Shown piece after piece: positions 54,605-64,000 of a stretch of DNA of 64,000 nucleotides. Made by a program: the position numbers and the translations under genes. Source of the stretch: Kofleriaceae bacterium (GTDB lineage Bacteria; Myxococcota_A; Polyangia; Haliangiales; Haliangiaceae). Position 1 is the stretch's first letter; every line of letters starts with the position of its first letter. The stretch lies in contig JASNYD010000006.1 of NCBI GenBank assembly GCA_048500355.1, positions 416,211 through 480,210 on the forward strand, read 5' to 3'. Below the pieces are notes generated by a model, which was not told the origin of the DNA, searched no databases, and was given only the letters and a program-made list of their open reading frames with translations.

Positions 54605-55657
54605 CTACGCCACGGCGCGCTTGCCGACGACCTTGGGGATGCGGACGCGCGGGCCGACGTGGACCGACAGCCGCTTGACGTTCTTGTAGAACTCGCCGTC
54701 GATGACCGGCTCGAGCAGCTCGTCGGTGGTGGCCTCGAGCACCATCGCCCGGCACGGCCGGTCGAGGACGGCGCGGCCGATCATCTCGTCGCCGCGCGCC
54801 ATGCGCGGCAGGTTGCGGGCCACCGCCAGCGGCGACGGCGTGCCGACGATGGCGTTGAGCAGGCCGGCCTGGTCGGCCTTGCCGAAGAACTTGAGCACGT
54901 TGCCCAGGTTGATCGACATCGAGGCGACGTGGATGCCGGTGTAGTCCTCGCCCGGCAGGATCATGCCGTCGAGGGTGATGCGGGCCCGGGTCGGGTTGAA
55001 GATGTGGTCGGCGTAGCGGGCGAAGCGACCCATGCCCGGGACGTGGCGCAGGGGCGTCATCGCCACCGGCATCGACATCAGGGTCCGGCCCACGACCTTC
55101 ATGATCGTGCGCGGGTTGGGATCGTGGTCCTCGTAGTACTTGGAGAAGAAGCGCTGGCCGACGCCACCGGCGGCCATCGCGAAGCCGTAGGTGCGGAACG
55201 GCCGCTCGCCGTCGGGGCCGACCTCGACGCCGTCGATCACCATCGAGTCGACCTCGGTCTCCTCGACGCGGTGCCCCGACTCGATCTTGGTGCGCAGCGT
55301 GGCGAGCAGCCCCTCGGCGTCGCCCTTGATGCCGACGTTGTTGGCGATGAAGTCGATCGTGCCGCCGTTGGTCGGCATGGTCAGCGGCATCGTCACCTGC
55401 TGGCCGGCGAACTCCTCCTCCTGCAGCACCTCCATGCCCATGCGCAGCATCCAGTGCAGGGCGCCGTCGCCGCCGTCCGCCACCCAGTAGCGCGCGCGCT
55501 TGCGCAGGAACTCGCGCAGCACCGGCTTGATCGACTCGAGCGTGTGCGTCTCGTGGACCTCGCCCATCGTGCCGACGATGGACTGCAGGCGGCGCGCGCG
55601 GTCCGGCTTGCCCTTGTTCTTGCGGCTGTTGGGGTTGGTGATGACGCCGATGTGCAT
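54605..55657 (-). CDS. Diacylglycerol-kinase-catalytic-domain lipid kinase (YegS/LCB5-like)
   Basis: N-terminal MHIGVITNPNS...ADGGDGALHW (GGDG motif). Confidence 0.7.
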   Translation of the reverse strand: MHIGVITNPNSRKNKGKPDRARRLQSIVGTMGEVHETHTLESIKPVLREFLRKRARYWVADGGDGALHWMLRMGMEVLQEEEFAGQQVTMPLTMPTNGGTIDFIANNVGIKGDAEGLLATLRTKIESGHRVEETEVDSMVIDGVEVGPDGERPFRTYGFAMAAGGVGQRFFSKYYEDHDPNPRTIMKVVGRTLMSMPVAMTPLRHVPGMGRFARYADHIFNPTRARITLDGMILPGEDYTGIHVASMSINLGNVLKFFGKADQAGLLNAIVGTPSPLAVARNLPRMARGDEMIGRAVLDRPCRAMVLEATTDELLEPVIDGEFYKNVKRLSVHVGPRVRIPKVVGKRAVA

Positions 55658-55822
55658 GGGGGTACTCCGTCTCGGACGCCCCCCCGGGTTGCAAGAACCG
55701 GGCGCATCGACGCGGTGCGTAAGCTACCGGAATCAAATGGCCGGACCACGCCCTCCCTGCGAAGCCGGTTACGCGCCGGCGGCGGGAGTGTGTAGGTCAC
55801 GTGGCGGCCCGATGAAGGCTGG

Positions 55823-57508
55823 TCAGCGCGGCACGAGCACCGTCACCGACGACGCCGGCAGCGGCACGCGGAACGCGTTGGTGGCCACCGGCGCGAGCGC
55901 GGCGTCGGGATCGATCGTCGCGGCGTCGCCGTCCAGCACCCAGCGGTCGGCGGCGACGAAGGTGCGCGGCGCGGCGACGCGCACGCCGGCGGTGAGCGGC
56001 ACCGTCGCCTTGTTGACGAGCACGATCACCTGGCGGGCGCCGTCGTCGTCGGAGGCGTAGGCCGTCACCCGCTCGACGTCGCTGGTCGTCGCCGCGACGC
56101 TGGTGGCGCCGAACCCGGCGCCCGCACCGTCGAAGCTGGTGAAGATCCGCAGCCCGGCCAGGGTGAAGCGCTCGCGCGCCGCCGGGCGCAGGAGCCAGAT
56201 CGTCGCCGCCGCCACCCCCTCGCGGCCGAAGACGCCGAGCACGTCGGCGGTCGCGAGCGCGCCGCTGACGTGGTCGCCGCCGCCGAAGTTCCACTCGGTG
56301 AAGGCCAGGCGCGTGCCCGGGTAGTGGGCGGCGAGGTCCTCGCGCAGGGACGGCAGGAGGCGGATGGGCGCGTCGAGGACGTCGTTGACGATCCAGGAGT
56401 CCTCGCGGTAGCCGGCGTCCCACAGCGAGCGCGGCGCCTGGACGCGGGCGGCCGCGCCCCGACCGTCGTCCACGTCCGTGATCCGGACACCGTCGCCGCG
56501 GGCCTCCGGGTACCAGTGGAGATCGAGGTAGTCGACCAGGCGGCGGCCGGCGGCGGTCTCGGCGGCGCGGAGCTCGTCCAGGAAGTGCGGGATGAAGCGG
56601 CGACCGCCGGCGTCGGGCGCGCCCTGCAGGGTGGTGTAGCCGGCGTAGCCGTAGCTGACGAAGCCCAGGACCTCGACCGCCGGCCACGCGTCCTTGACCG
56701 CCGCGGCGAAGCGGACGGTGCGCTCGACCAGCTCGCCGTAGGTCACCGGCGCCGGGTGGACCCGGGGGTGCGTGCTCGACCACAGGTCGGGCTCGTTGTC
56801 GAGCGACACCAGCACCCGGACGTCGCCCCAGGTCCGGCGCACGAAGTCGACGGCCTCGTCCTGGTAGACGGTGTCGTCGCCGAGGTCGGGGGTGGCCGCG
56901 AAGGGCGCGCCCTTGCGCGCGACGTTGGCGGCGAAGCGGGTGCTCAGGTAGTTGCTGCCCGAGTTCCGCACGTCGCCGACGCAGGCCGGCGGGCCCTGGC
57001 CGCCGTCGCCGAGATCGTCGTGGTCGGCGGCGACGTGATCGATGATGGGCACGGTGATGATGGCGGCGGTGCCGCGGGCGCGGGCGTCGTCGAGGAGCGC
57101 GCGGAAGGCGCTGGCCGGCGGCGACCCGGGCGCGCCGAGCAGGCCGTCGTTCTGGTGGCAGTAGTCCTCGCCGGCGTTCGACGCGTTGTTCTCCCAGTTG
57201 TACGCGGTCAGGCGGTTGCCGCCGGCGCGCACCAGCCGCGGCCGGTCGCGGGCCACGTCGGCGCCGCCGTTGAGGCCGTAGACGAGCGGCGAGATCGGCA
57301 GCCGCGCGGTGTCGGTGCGGACGTCGATCGCGACGTCGGCGGCGCCCGGATCGCCGGGCTCGACGATGGGCCCGAGCCCGCCGTCGCCCCCGCCGTCGCC
57401 GCCGTCCCCGCCGCCACAGCCGCCGAGCCCGACGCCGAGCCCGACGCCGAGCACGAGCGCGAGGGGGAGCGCGGCGGACGAAGGCGGGCGGAGGGCGGTG
57501 CGGCGCAC
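55823..57508 (-). CDS. Glycoside hydrolase family 44-like lipoprotein
   Basis: Lipobox LGGCGG. A GNRLTAYNWENNASNAG motif and FTEWNFGGGDH are characteristic of GH44. Confidence 0.65.
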   Translation of the reverse strand: MRRTALRPPSSAALPLALVLGVGLGVGLGGCGGGDGGDGGGDGGLGPIVEPGDPGAADVAIDVRTDTARLPISPLVYGLNGGADVARDRPRLVRAGGNRLTAYNWENNASNAGEDYCHQNDGLLGAPGSPPASAFRALLDDARARGTAAIITVPIIDHVAADHDDLGDGGQGPPACVGDVRNSGSNYLSTRFAANVARKGAPFAATPDLGDDTVYQDEAVDFVRRTWGDVRVLVSLDNEPDLWSSTHPRVHPAPVTYGELVERTVRFAAAVKDAWPAVEVLGFVSYGYAGYTTLQGAPDAGGRRFIPHFLDELRAAETAAGRRLVDYLDLHWYPEARGDGVRITDVDDGRGAAARVQAPRSLWDAGYREDSWIVNDVLDAPIRLLPSLREDLAAHYPGTRLAFTEWNFGGGDHVSGALATADVLGVFGREGVAAATIWLLRPAARERFTLAGLRIFTSFDGAGAGFGATSVAATTSDVERVTAYASDDDGARQVIVLVNKATVPLTAGVRVAAPRTFVAADRWVLDGDAATIDPDAALAPVATNAFRVPLPASSVTVLVPR

Positions 57509-57744
57509 CGGCCGAGGATACGCCCGATCGGGCTGCCCGGGCCCGCGCCCGCGCCGCCGCGAGACGGACCGTCGCCGCCCGCTCGTGCGGCCCGCCGCAC
57601 CCGCACCCGCGGCTGGCGCGCGCCTTGAATCGACCTGCGGGCAGGTGACGTTCGCTCGCGGATCCGCGCACGGCTTGCGTCGGCGCGCGACCGTCGCTGT
57701 TTGCCCTGCATGCCTTGCGCGCCGCGCGCCCCCGAGGAGGTCAG

Positions 57745-58707
57745 ATGCGCACCCGCACCTACGAGCCGATCGAGACCCGTTGCCCGACGGCGTGGACCAC
57801 CGCGTACCCGCCGGAGGACGAGCGGCTGCGGGCGCTCTACGGCAAGGCCAAGCACGAGCAGTGGGATGCCGACACCCTCGCCTGGGGCCAGGACGTCGAT
57901 CCCGAGCGCGAGAACTTCCCCGACCAGCAGATCCCGATCTACGGCACCGACCTGTGGGCCGGCCTCGACGGTCGGCAGCGCGCGACCCTGCGGCAGCACT
58001 CGACCTCGTGGATGCTCTCGCAGTTCCTCCACGGCGAGCAAGGCGCGCTGCTGGCGTCGTCGCAGGTGGTCGACACCGTGCCCTGGCTCGACGCCAAGCT
58101 CTACGGCGCGACCCAGGTGATGGACGAGGCCCGCCACGTCGAGGTCTACGAGCGCTACCTGCGGGAGAAGATCGAGCTCACCTACCCGGTCAACCCCGAG
58201 CTCAAGTCGCTGCTCCGGCACATCCTCGCCGACGAGCGCTGGGACGTGAAGTACCTGGGCATGCAGATCCTGGTCGAGGGCCTGGCGCTCGCCGCGTTCC
58301 AGTTCGTCCACGCCTTCACCAGCGAGCCGCTGCTCAAGGACCTCACCCACCACGTCATGCGCGACGAGGCCCGCCACGTCGCCTTCGGCGTGCTGTCGCT
58401 CGGCGACTACTACCGCACCGAGCTGTCCGAGGCCGAGCGCGACGAGCGGGTCCGCTTCACCTACGAGGCCTGCCGCCTGATGCGCGACCGCTTCCTGCAG
58501 CGCGAGGTGTGGCAGGAGCTGGGGCTGCCGGTCGAGCGCTGCGTCGAGCTGACCCTGTCGTCGCCGGCGATGACCGAGTTCCGCCGCCTCCTGTTCTCGC
58601 GCATCGTGCCCAACGTGAAGAAGCTGGGGCTGCTCACGCCCTGGCTGCGCGAGCGCTTCGGCGAGCTGGGGATCCTCGCGTTCGAGCACGGCGCCGCCGA
58701 CGCCTGA
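57745..58707 (+). CDS. Ferritin-like di-iron carboxylate protein (AurF/diiron-oxygenase-like)
   Basis: Two DEARH motifs (MDEARHVEVYE and RDEARHVAFG). A GAGGAGG ribosome-binding site lies 6 nt upstream. Confidence 0.65.
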   Translation: MRTRTYEPIETRCPTAWTTAYPPEDERLRALYGKAKHEQWDADTLAWGQDVDPERENFPDQQIPIYGTDLWAGLDGRQRATLRQHSTSWMLSQFLHGEQGALLASSQVVDTVPWLDAKLYGATQVMDEARHVEVYERYLREKIELTYPVNPELKSLLRHILADERWDVKYLGMQILVEGLALAAFQFVHAFTSEPLLKDLTHHVMRDEARHVAFGVLSLGDYYRTELSEAERDERVRFTYEACRLMRDRFLQREVWQELGLPVERCVELTLSSPAMTEFRRLLFSRIVPNVKKLGLLTPWLRERFGELGILAFEHGAADA

Positions 58708-58710
58708 CCC

Positions 58711-59583
58711 TCACGCCGCCAGCGCCGCCATCAGGCGGCGAGCGGCGGGGCCGAGGCGCGCGCCGGCGCGGTGGTAGAGGCGGGGGGTGAAGACGTGCTC
58801 GTGGCCGCGGGCGTAGGGCAGGACGCGCAGGGCGCCGCGGCGGAGCTCGGCCTGGCACAGGTGCTCGGGCAGCCAGCCGTAGCCGATGCCGGCGAGGATG
58901 GCGGCGCGCTTGGCGTGGAAGTCGTTGAGGTCGAAGCGGACCCGGCGCTCGGCGTGATCGGTGGGCAGCGCCAGCCGCGGATCGCCGCCGCGCACCGTCA
59001 CCAGCACGTGCTCCTCGAGCGCGCGATCGTCGAGCGGGCCCTTGCGGCGGGCCAGCGGGTGACCCCGGTGCGCCACCAGCCGGGCGCGCAGCGGCGCCAG
59101 GCGGGCGCCGACCACGCCGGGGGCGACCGCCGGCAGGACCGCCAGCATGAGATCGGCGTCGTCGCGCGCGAACGCGGCCTCGACCCCGCCCAGGAACTCG
59201 GAGCTGACGTGGAGCCGGGTGGGCGCGCCGGCGGCGACCAGCTCGCCCACCGCGCGCAGGATGGGCGCGTCGGAGCAGACCCCGTCGTAGACCACGCGCA
59301 GCGCCGGCTCCCAGCCGGTGCGCATCTCGACGCAGGCGGCGGCGAGGTCGGCCTCGGCGGCGAGCAGCCGCCGGCAGTGCTCGAGCACGCGCCGGCCGGC
59401 GGCGGTGAGCCGCAGCCGGTAGCCGCGGCGCTCGACCAGGTCGAGCTCGACCTGGCGCTCGAGCTGGCGCAGGGCGTAGAGCACCGCCGGGTGGCCCTTG
59501 CCCAGGGCCGCGGCCGCGCGCACCAGCGTGCCGTGGCGCTCCAGCGCGTCCAGGGCCCGCGCCTGGTCGAGGGTGATGTTCAT
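58711..59583 (-). CDS. LysR-family transcriptional regulator
   Basis: N-terminal LysR helix-turn-helix (LDALERHGTLVRAAAALGKGHPAVLYALRQLE). Divergent from hmgA. Confidence 0.8.
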   Translation of the reverse strand: MNITLDQARALDALERHGTLVRAAAALGKGHPAVLYALRQLERQVELDLVERRGYRLRLTAAGRRVLEHCRRLLAAEADLAAACVEMRTGWEPALRVVYDGVCSDAPILRAVGELVAAGAPTRLHVSSEFLGGVEAAFARDDADLMLAVLPAVAPGVVGARLAPLRARLVAHRGHPLARRKGPLDDRALEEHVLVTVRGGDPRLALPTDHAERRVRFDLNDFHAKRAAILAGIGYGWLPEHLCQAELRRGALRVLPYARGHEHVFTPRLYHRAGARLGPAARRLMAALAA

Positions 59584-59650
59584 TCTCCTGACAGTATATG
59601 CCGAGATTTTGTCCTATCTCCCGACAGGGGCGCCGCGCCACCGTCCGGCC

Positions 59651-60763
59651 ATGGACATCCCCTACGTCCGCGGCAAGGTCGCGGCCCAGGCCCACGTCGC
59701 CCTGCCCGAGGGCACGGTCGAGGAGGAGTACGCGCGCGACGGCTTCGCCGGCCGCTACGCCCACCTCTACCGCACCCGGGCGCCGGTGGCGTGGTCGCGC
59801 ATCGAGGGTCCGCTCCGGCCCCGCGCCTTCGACACCCGCGAGCTCCCGCGCCCGGCCGACTACCTCGGCCGCGCCACGCTGCTCGAGAACGCCGACCTCC
59901 GGCTCCACGTCGCCACCGTCGACGCGCCGATGCCGTACCTGTTCCGCAACGCCGACGGCGACGAGCTCCTGTTCGTCCACGCCGGCGCCGGCCGGCTCGA
60001 GACCGACTTCGGGCCCCTCGCCTACCGCGAGGGCGACTACCTGCTGGTGCCGCGCGGCACCGCCCACCGCCTGGTGCCGACCGCGGCCACCCGGCTGCTG
60101 ATCGTCGAGAGCGCCGGCGAGCTGCGGGTGCCCGAGCGCGGCCTGCTCGGCCAGCACGCGCTGTTCGACCCGGCGGTGATCGAGGTCCCGACCCCCAGCG
60201 GCCGCAGCACCCTGGCCGCCGACGCCGCCGGCGAGTGGCAGGTGGCGGTGCAGCGCGAGGGCGAGCTGACCCGCGTCTTCTACCGCCACGACCCGCTCGA
60301 CACCGTGGGCTGGAAGGGGACGCTGGCGCCGCTGCGCCTCAACGTCGCCGACATCCGCCCGGTGCTCAGCGAGCGTTACCACCTGCCGCCGACCGCCCAC
60401 GCCACGTTCGCGGCGCCCGCCGCCGTGGTCTGCACCTTCCTGCCCCGCCCGCTCGAGACCGGCGATCCGCAGGCCCTGCGCGTGCCCTTCTACCACGCCA
60501 ACATCGACTACGACGAGGTGCTGTTCTACCACCGCGGCCAGTTCTTCAGCCGCACCGGCATCGCGCCGGGGATGGTCACCTTCCACCCCCAGGGCATCCA
60601 CCACGGCCCGCAGCCGCGCGCCGCCGAGCGCGCCGCGACCGCCACCCGCACCGACGAGATCGCCGTGATGATCGACACCCGCCGCCCGCTGCGCCCGGCG
60701 GCGGCGGCCACGCCCATCGAGCGCCCCGACTACTGGAAGAGCTGGCAGGAGGAGAGCCCGTGA
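59651..60763 (+). CDS. hmgA: Homogentisate 1,2-dioxygenase
   Basis: HGD family motifs (LVPRGTAHR, FYHANIDYDEVLFYH, HPQGIHHGPQP). Confidence 0.85.
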   Translation: MDIPYVRGKVAAQAHVALPEGTVEEEYARDGFAGRYAHLYRTRAPVAWSRIEGPLRPRAFDTRELPRPADYLGRATLLENADLRLHVATVDAPMPYLFRNADGDELLFVHAGAGRLETDFGPLAYREGDYLLVPRGTAHRLVPTAATRLLIVESAGELRVPERGLLGQHALFDPAVIEVPTPSGRSTLAADAAGEWQVAVQREGELTRVFYRHDPLDTVGWKGTLAPLRLNVADIRPVLSERYHLPPTAHATFAAPAAVVCTFLPRPLETGDPQALRVPFYHANIDYDEVLFYHRGQFFSRTGIAPGMVTFHPQGIHHGPQPRAAERAATATRTDEIAVMIDTRRPLRPAAAATPIERPDYWKSWQEESP

Positions 60764-61860
60764 CCGCGACCGCGCCCCACGATCCGAGCGACACCAACCC
60801 CTGCGGCCTCGAGGGCATCGACTTCGTCGAGCTCGCCGGCCCCGACCCCGATCGCCTGCACCGCCTGCTGGTGGCGTTCGGCTTCTCGCGCACGATGACC
60901 CACCGCGAGCGGGCCGTCGACCTCTACCAGCAGGGCGACATCACCTTCCTGCTCCATCGCGACGATCGCGGCTTCGCCGCCCGCTTCGCCGCCGCGCACG
61001 GGCCGTGCATCCCGGCCATGGGCTGGCGGGTCGCCGACGCCGACGCCGCGGCCCAGCTCGCGGCCGCCCGCGGCGCCCGGCTGGTCGAGGGCGACCTCGC
61101 CCGCGGCAGCGAGGTCGTGCCCGCGGTCCAGGGCATCGGCGACAGCCTCCTCTACCTCGTCGACGGCTGGCGCAGCCCGCAGCGCTGGGCGCGCCTCGGC
61201 TTCGTGGCCCACCCGCGGCCGGTGCCGGTCGCCGACAAGGGCTTCCGCGCCATCGATCACCTCACCAACAACGTGCCGCGCGGCACCCGCGACCGCTGGG
61301 CCGACTTCTACCGCGGCGTCTTCGGCTTCACCGACGTCCGCTACTTCGACATCCGCGGCGCGCGCACCGGGCTGACCTCGTTCGCGCTGCGCTCGCCCGA
61401 CGGCTCGTTCTGCATCCCGATCAACGAAGGCGCCGGCGGCGGCGGGGAGGGCGCCGGGGAGGGCGCCGGCGCGCTGTCGCAGATCGACGAGTACCTCGTG
61501 CAGTACGGCGGGCCCGGCATCCAGCACCTGGCCTTCCTCACCGACGACATCCTGGGCTCGCTGCGCGCCCTCGACGGCACGCCGATCGAGACCCTCGACA
61601 TCGACGACGAGTACTACCGCACGGTCTTCGACCGCGTGCCCGGCGTGCGCGAGGACCGGGACGAGCTGCGCCGCCGCAACGTCCTGGTCGACGGCGACGC
61701 GCAGGGCTACCTGCTCCAGATCTTCACCCGCAACCTGATCGGCCCCATCTTCATCGAGATCATCCAGCGCCGCGATCACCACTCGTTCGGCGAGGGCAAC
61801 TTCGGCGCGCTCTTCCGGTCGATCGAGCGCGACCAGCAGCGCCGCGGCGTCTTCACCTGA
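60760..61860 (+). CDS. hppD: 4-hydroxyphenylpyruvate dioxygenase
   Basis: HPPD motifs (IDHLTNNV, GIQHLAFLTDDI, QIFTRNLIGPIFIEIIQRRDHHSFGEGNFGALFRSIE). The GTG start overlaps the hmgA stop (GTGA). Confidence 0.85.
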   Translation: MTATAPHDPSDTNPCGLEGIDFVELAGPDPDRLHRLLVAFGFSRTMTHRERAVDLYQQGDITFLLHRDDRGFAARFAAAHGPCIPAMGWRVADADAAAQLAAARGARLVEGDLARGSEVVPAVQGIGDSLLYLVDGWRSPQRWARLGFVAHPRPVPVADKGFRAIDHLTNNVPRGTRDRWADFYRGVFGFTDVRYFDIRGARTGLTSFALRSPDGSFCIPINEGAGGGGEGAGEGAGALSQIDEYLVQYGGPGIQHLAFLTDDILGSLRALDGTPIETLDIDDEYYRTVFDRVPGVREDRDELRRRNVLVDGDAQGYLLQIFTRNLIGPIFIEIIQRRDHHSFGEGNFGALFRSIERDQQRRGVFT

Positions 61861-61909
61861 CGCGGCGCGAGCGCTTGAGCCGGGGCCCGCGCCGGGTCAA
61901 GATCGCGGC

Positions 61910-62665
61910 GTGCGAGTCGCGATCTGGGTGCTCGTCGCCGGCGCGTTCCTGGCCAGCGTCGGCGTGTTCGTGCCGGCGGTGCGCGTCGAGCTCATGGGCC
62001 GCGCCGGCCAGCACGACGACTCGTTCTCGCTGTACCAGGTCGCCGACAGCCGCGACAGCGTGCGCGCGCTGCTCGCCCGCTACCAGGGCTCCACGGTCAA
62101 GCAGGTCGGCACCCGGGTCCTGGGCAAGGTCGCGCCTCGCCTGGGGGGCAAGACCCGATCGGGCGTCGACGACGTGCAGGCGGTGGCCGAGGCCCTCGAG
62201 GACATCTCGGACGACGACCTGCGCACGATCGGCACGGTCACCACGGTCACGCTGTGGACCCTGCTCGGGCTGTCCGCGGTCGTGATCGTGCTGGCCTTCC
62301 CGGTCAACGCCGGCACCCGCCGCCTCCGGATCGCCGGCGTCGTGGTCGCCGCCACCCTGGCCGCCGCCATCGGCGTCGCCATCCACCTGGTGCTGGCGCG
62401 GGTGGTGGCCGAGGCCCAGGTCGAGCTCGAGCCGGCGCTCGTCACCCTGCGCACCGCCGCCTACCTGATCCCGGGCGCGACCGTGGCCAGCCTGCTCGGC
62501 GCGATCGCGCTGGTCGCGACCTACGCCCGCGCCCGCCGCGAGCTGCGCCGCGTCGCCCGGGTCGGCCTGGGTGGCGCCTCGCCGGGTGCGCCGCCGCCGG
62601 GCGAGCCACCGCCGGGCGCGCCACCGCCGGGCGCGCCACCGCCGGGCCCCGTCAGCGGCCCGTGA
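61910..62665 (+). CDS. Hypothetical membrane protein with a C-terminal (GAPPP)n tail
   Basis: About 4 TM segments. The tail is a Pro-rich repeat (PGAPPPGEPPPGAPPPGAPPPGP). Confidence 0.5.
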   Translation: MRVAIWVLVAGAFLASVGVFVPAVRVELMGRAGQHDDSFSLYQVADSRDSVRALLARYQGSTVKQVGTRVLGKVAPRLGGKTRSGVDDVQAVAEALEDISDDDLRTIGTVTTVTLWTLLGLSAVVIVLAFPVNAGTRRLRIAGVVVAATLAAAIGVAIHLVLARVVAEAQVELEPALVTLRTAAYLIPGATVASLLGAIALVATYARARRELRRVARVGLGGASPGAPPPGEPPPGAPPPGAPPPGPVSGP

Positions 62666-63437
62666 AGCGCGGCTCGCGCTTCTCGAGCAGGGCGGCGATG
62701 CCCTCGGCGGCGTCGGCCGTGGCGACCGACTCCGCCTGGGCGAAGGACTCGAGGTAGGCGGCGCCGCGCGGGTCCCAGCCCAGGCCGCGGTAGAGCGCGC
62801 GCTTGGTCTCGCGCACCGCCGCCGGCGCGCTGGCCGCGATCGCGACCGCCAGCTCCATCGCCCGCGGCAGGACCTCGTCGGCCGGCACCGCCGCCGACAG
62901 GAGCCCGAGCCGCTCGGCCTCCTCGCCGTCGACCAGGCGGCCGGTGAACAGGAGCTCGGCGGCGCGCGACACGCCGACCAGCCGCGGCAGCAGGTAGCTG
63001 ATGGCCATGCCGGGGGCCAGCCCCAGGCGCGTGAAGTTGGCGCCGTACTTCGCGCCGCGCGCGCCGATGCGGAGGTCGCAGCACATGGCCAGGCCGAACC
63101 CGCCGCCGACGGCGTGGCCGTTGAGCGCGCCGATCACCGGCGGCGCCACGTCCAGGACCGACAGGAACGGCTGGTACATGGCGAAGCTCTTCTCGTGCGG
63201 GGCCTGCCCCGCCCCCTCCTCGCGCTGCAGGACCGACCTGAAGTCGGCGCCGGCCGAGAACGTCGCGCCGCTGCCGGTGATGACCAGGCAGCGCAGCTCG
63301 GCGACCGCGCGCGCGCGCGCCACCGCCTCGCCGAACGCGTCGAGCAGCTCCGGGGTCATGCTGTTGCGGTTGGCGGGGCGATCGAGGGTGATGACCCCGA
63401 TCGTGTCGTGGAGCTCGAAGCGGACGGCGGCGCTCAT
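62652..63437 (-). CDS. Enoyl-CoA hydratase/isomerase (crotonase) family protein
   Basis: The crotonase oxyanion-hole motifs are present (VITGSGATFSAGADF, ALNGHAVGGGFGLAMCCDLRI). Confidence 0.85.
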   Translation of the reverse strand: MSAAVRFELHDTIGVITLDRPANRNSMTPELLDAFGEAVARARAVAELRCLVITGSGATFSAGADFRSVLQREEGAGQAPHEKSFAMYQPFLSVLDVAPPVIGALNGHAVGGGFGLAMCCDLRIGARGAKYGANFTRLGLAPGMAISYLLPRLVGVSRAAELLFTGRLVDGEEAERLGLLSAAVPADEVLPRAMELAVAIAASAPAAVRETKRALYRGLGWDPRGAAYLESFAQAESVATADAAEGIAALLEKREPRFTGR

Positions 63438-63505
63438 CGGCGCCGAGGCTAGCAGGTCGCGCGCCGGCGAGGCGGCATCACCGCCCCGGGCGTCGGTCGG
63501 CGGCG

Positions 63506-64000
63506 TCAGTCCGCCGCCGGCACGCGGTACTCGACCTCCAGCCACTCGAGCTCCGGCTCGCGCTCGCCGTCGCTGGTCAGCTCGACCCGGTACTGCAGGT
63601 AGCGGCGGGGCTCGACCCCCGGCGGCGTCGCGCCGCTGCCGTCGGTGAGCGGCGCCGACCACGGCTCGGCCAGGCACTCGGCCGCCGCCGCGCACGTCCG
63701 CACCCGCACCGCCACCCCGCCGTCGGGCGGCACCCGGGCGCCGAACCGCACGGCGTCGAGCGCGGTCACGCCGTCGCCCAGGTCGCGGACCAGCGAGGTG
63801 TACGCGGCCGTCCGCGCCACCTGCTCGGGCCCGCCGGCCAGGTGCACCGCGAGCTGGACGTCCTGCAGCGTGCCGGTGTTGCCGGTGACGTTGTCGGTCA
63901 CCCGCACGGTCCAGGTGCCGGCCGCCGGCAGGTCCGCGAACTCGGTCGGCGTGTAGCGGAGCGCGCGCGTGCCGTTGCCACCGCTGTCCGAGTTGTCGCG
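63506..64000 (-). CDS. 3' part of a hypothetical protein (gene continues beyond the window end)
   Basis: The minus-strand frame is open to the window edge. GC3 is good. Confidence 0.4.
   Translation of the reverse strand, partial: RDNSDSGGNGTRALRYTPTEFADLPAAGTWTVRVTDNVTGNTGTLQDVQLAVHLAGGPEQVARTAAYTSLVRDLGDGVTALDAVRFGARVPPDGGVAVRVRTCAAAAECLAEPWSAPLTDGSGATPPGVEPRRYLQYRVELTSDGEREPELEWLEVEYRVPAAD

Noticed and set aside
58634-61782. 656-aa and 350-aa minus ORFs and the 1029-aa plus ORF over LysR, hmgA and hppD
   Set aside because: hmgA and hppD motifs define the true frames. The long plus ORF is an upstream read-through, in the same frame, of the hppD gene, which starts at the GTG at 60760.

Overview
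This window is very high GC (about 73-75%) and looks like a Myxococcota-type chromosomal region. It is densely coded on both strands, and I called about 47 CDSs. Many long opposite-strand or off-frame ORFs in the track are GC-driven artefacts; I rejected them using GC3 bias, signal peptides, recognisable motifs and start/stop coupling. I saw no tRNA, rRNA or CRISPR array.

Content in order:
- An in-frame Pro/Ala-rich tandem-repeat protein, with its 3' end in the window.
- An MbnP/MbnH-like pair: a four-Cys lipoprotein plus a di-haem cytochrome c peroxidase (the MXAN_0976/0977 type).
- An alpha-glucan cluster (glgB, a GH57 enzyme and a GT4 transferase), flanked by beta-helix lipoproteins.
- An IS110-family insertion that exactly fills one intergenic gap.
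- A MerR-regulator / VIT-vWA operon.
- oxyR.
- An M23 peptidase.
- An operon encoding a CydA-like subunit fused to a cytochrome c domain, a small membrane subunit and a beta-propeller lipoprotein.
- A HEAT-cyclophilin lipoprotein.
- MscS.
- A major-vault-protein homologue.
- A second secreted VIT / P-domain / vWA protein.
- Housekeeping and accessory genes: M50 peptidase, class II photolyase, a DEAD-box helicase, Lhr, GH44, and the tyrosine-catabolism genes hmgA and hppD.

The most interesting signal is the full-length bacterial major vault protein homologue at 31430..33967, sitting within 20 kb of two VIT+vWA proteins. VIT and vWA are the domains that define the eukaryotic vault partner vPARP, so this may be a vault-like locus. 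The CydA-cytochrome c fusion operon and the IS110 element, with a possible bridge-RNA flank, are secondary highlights.
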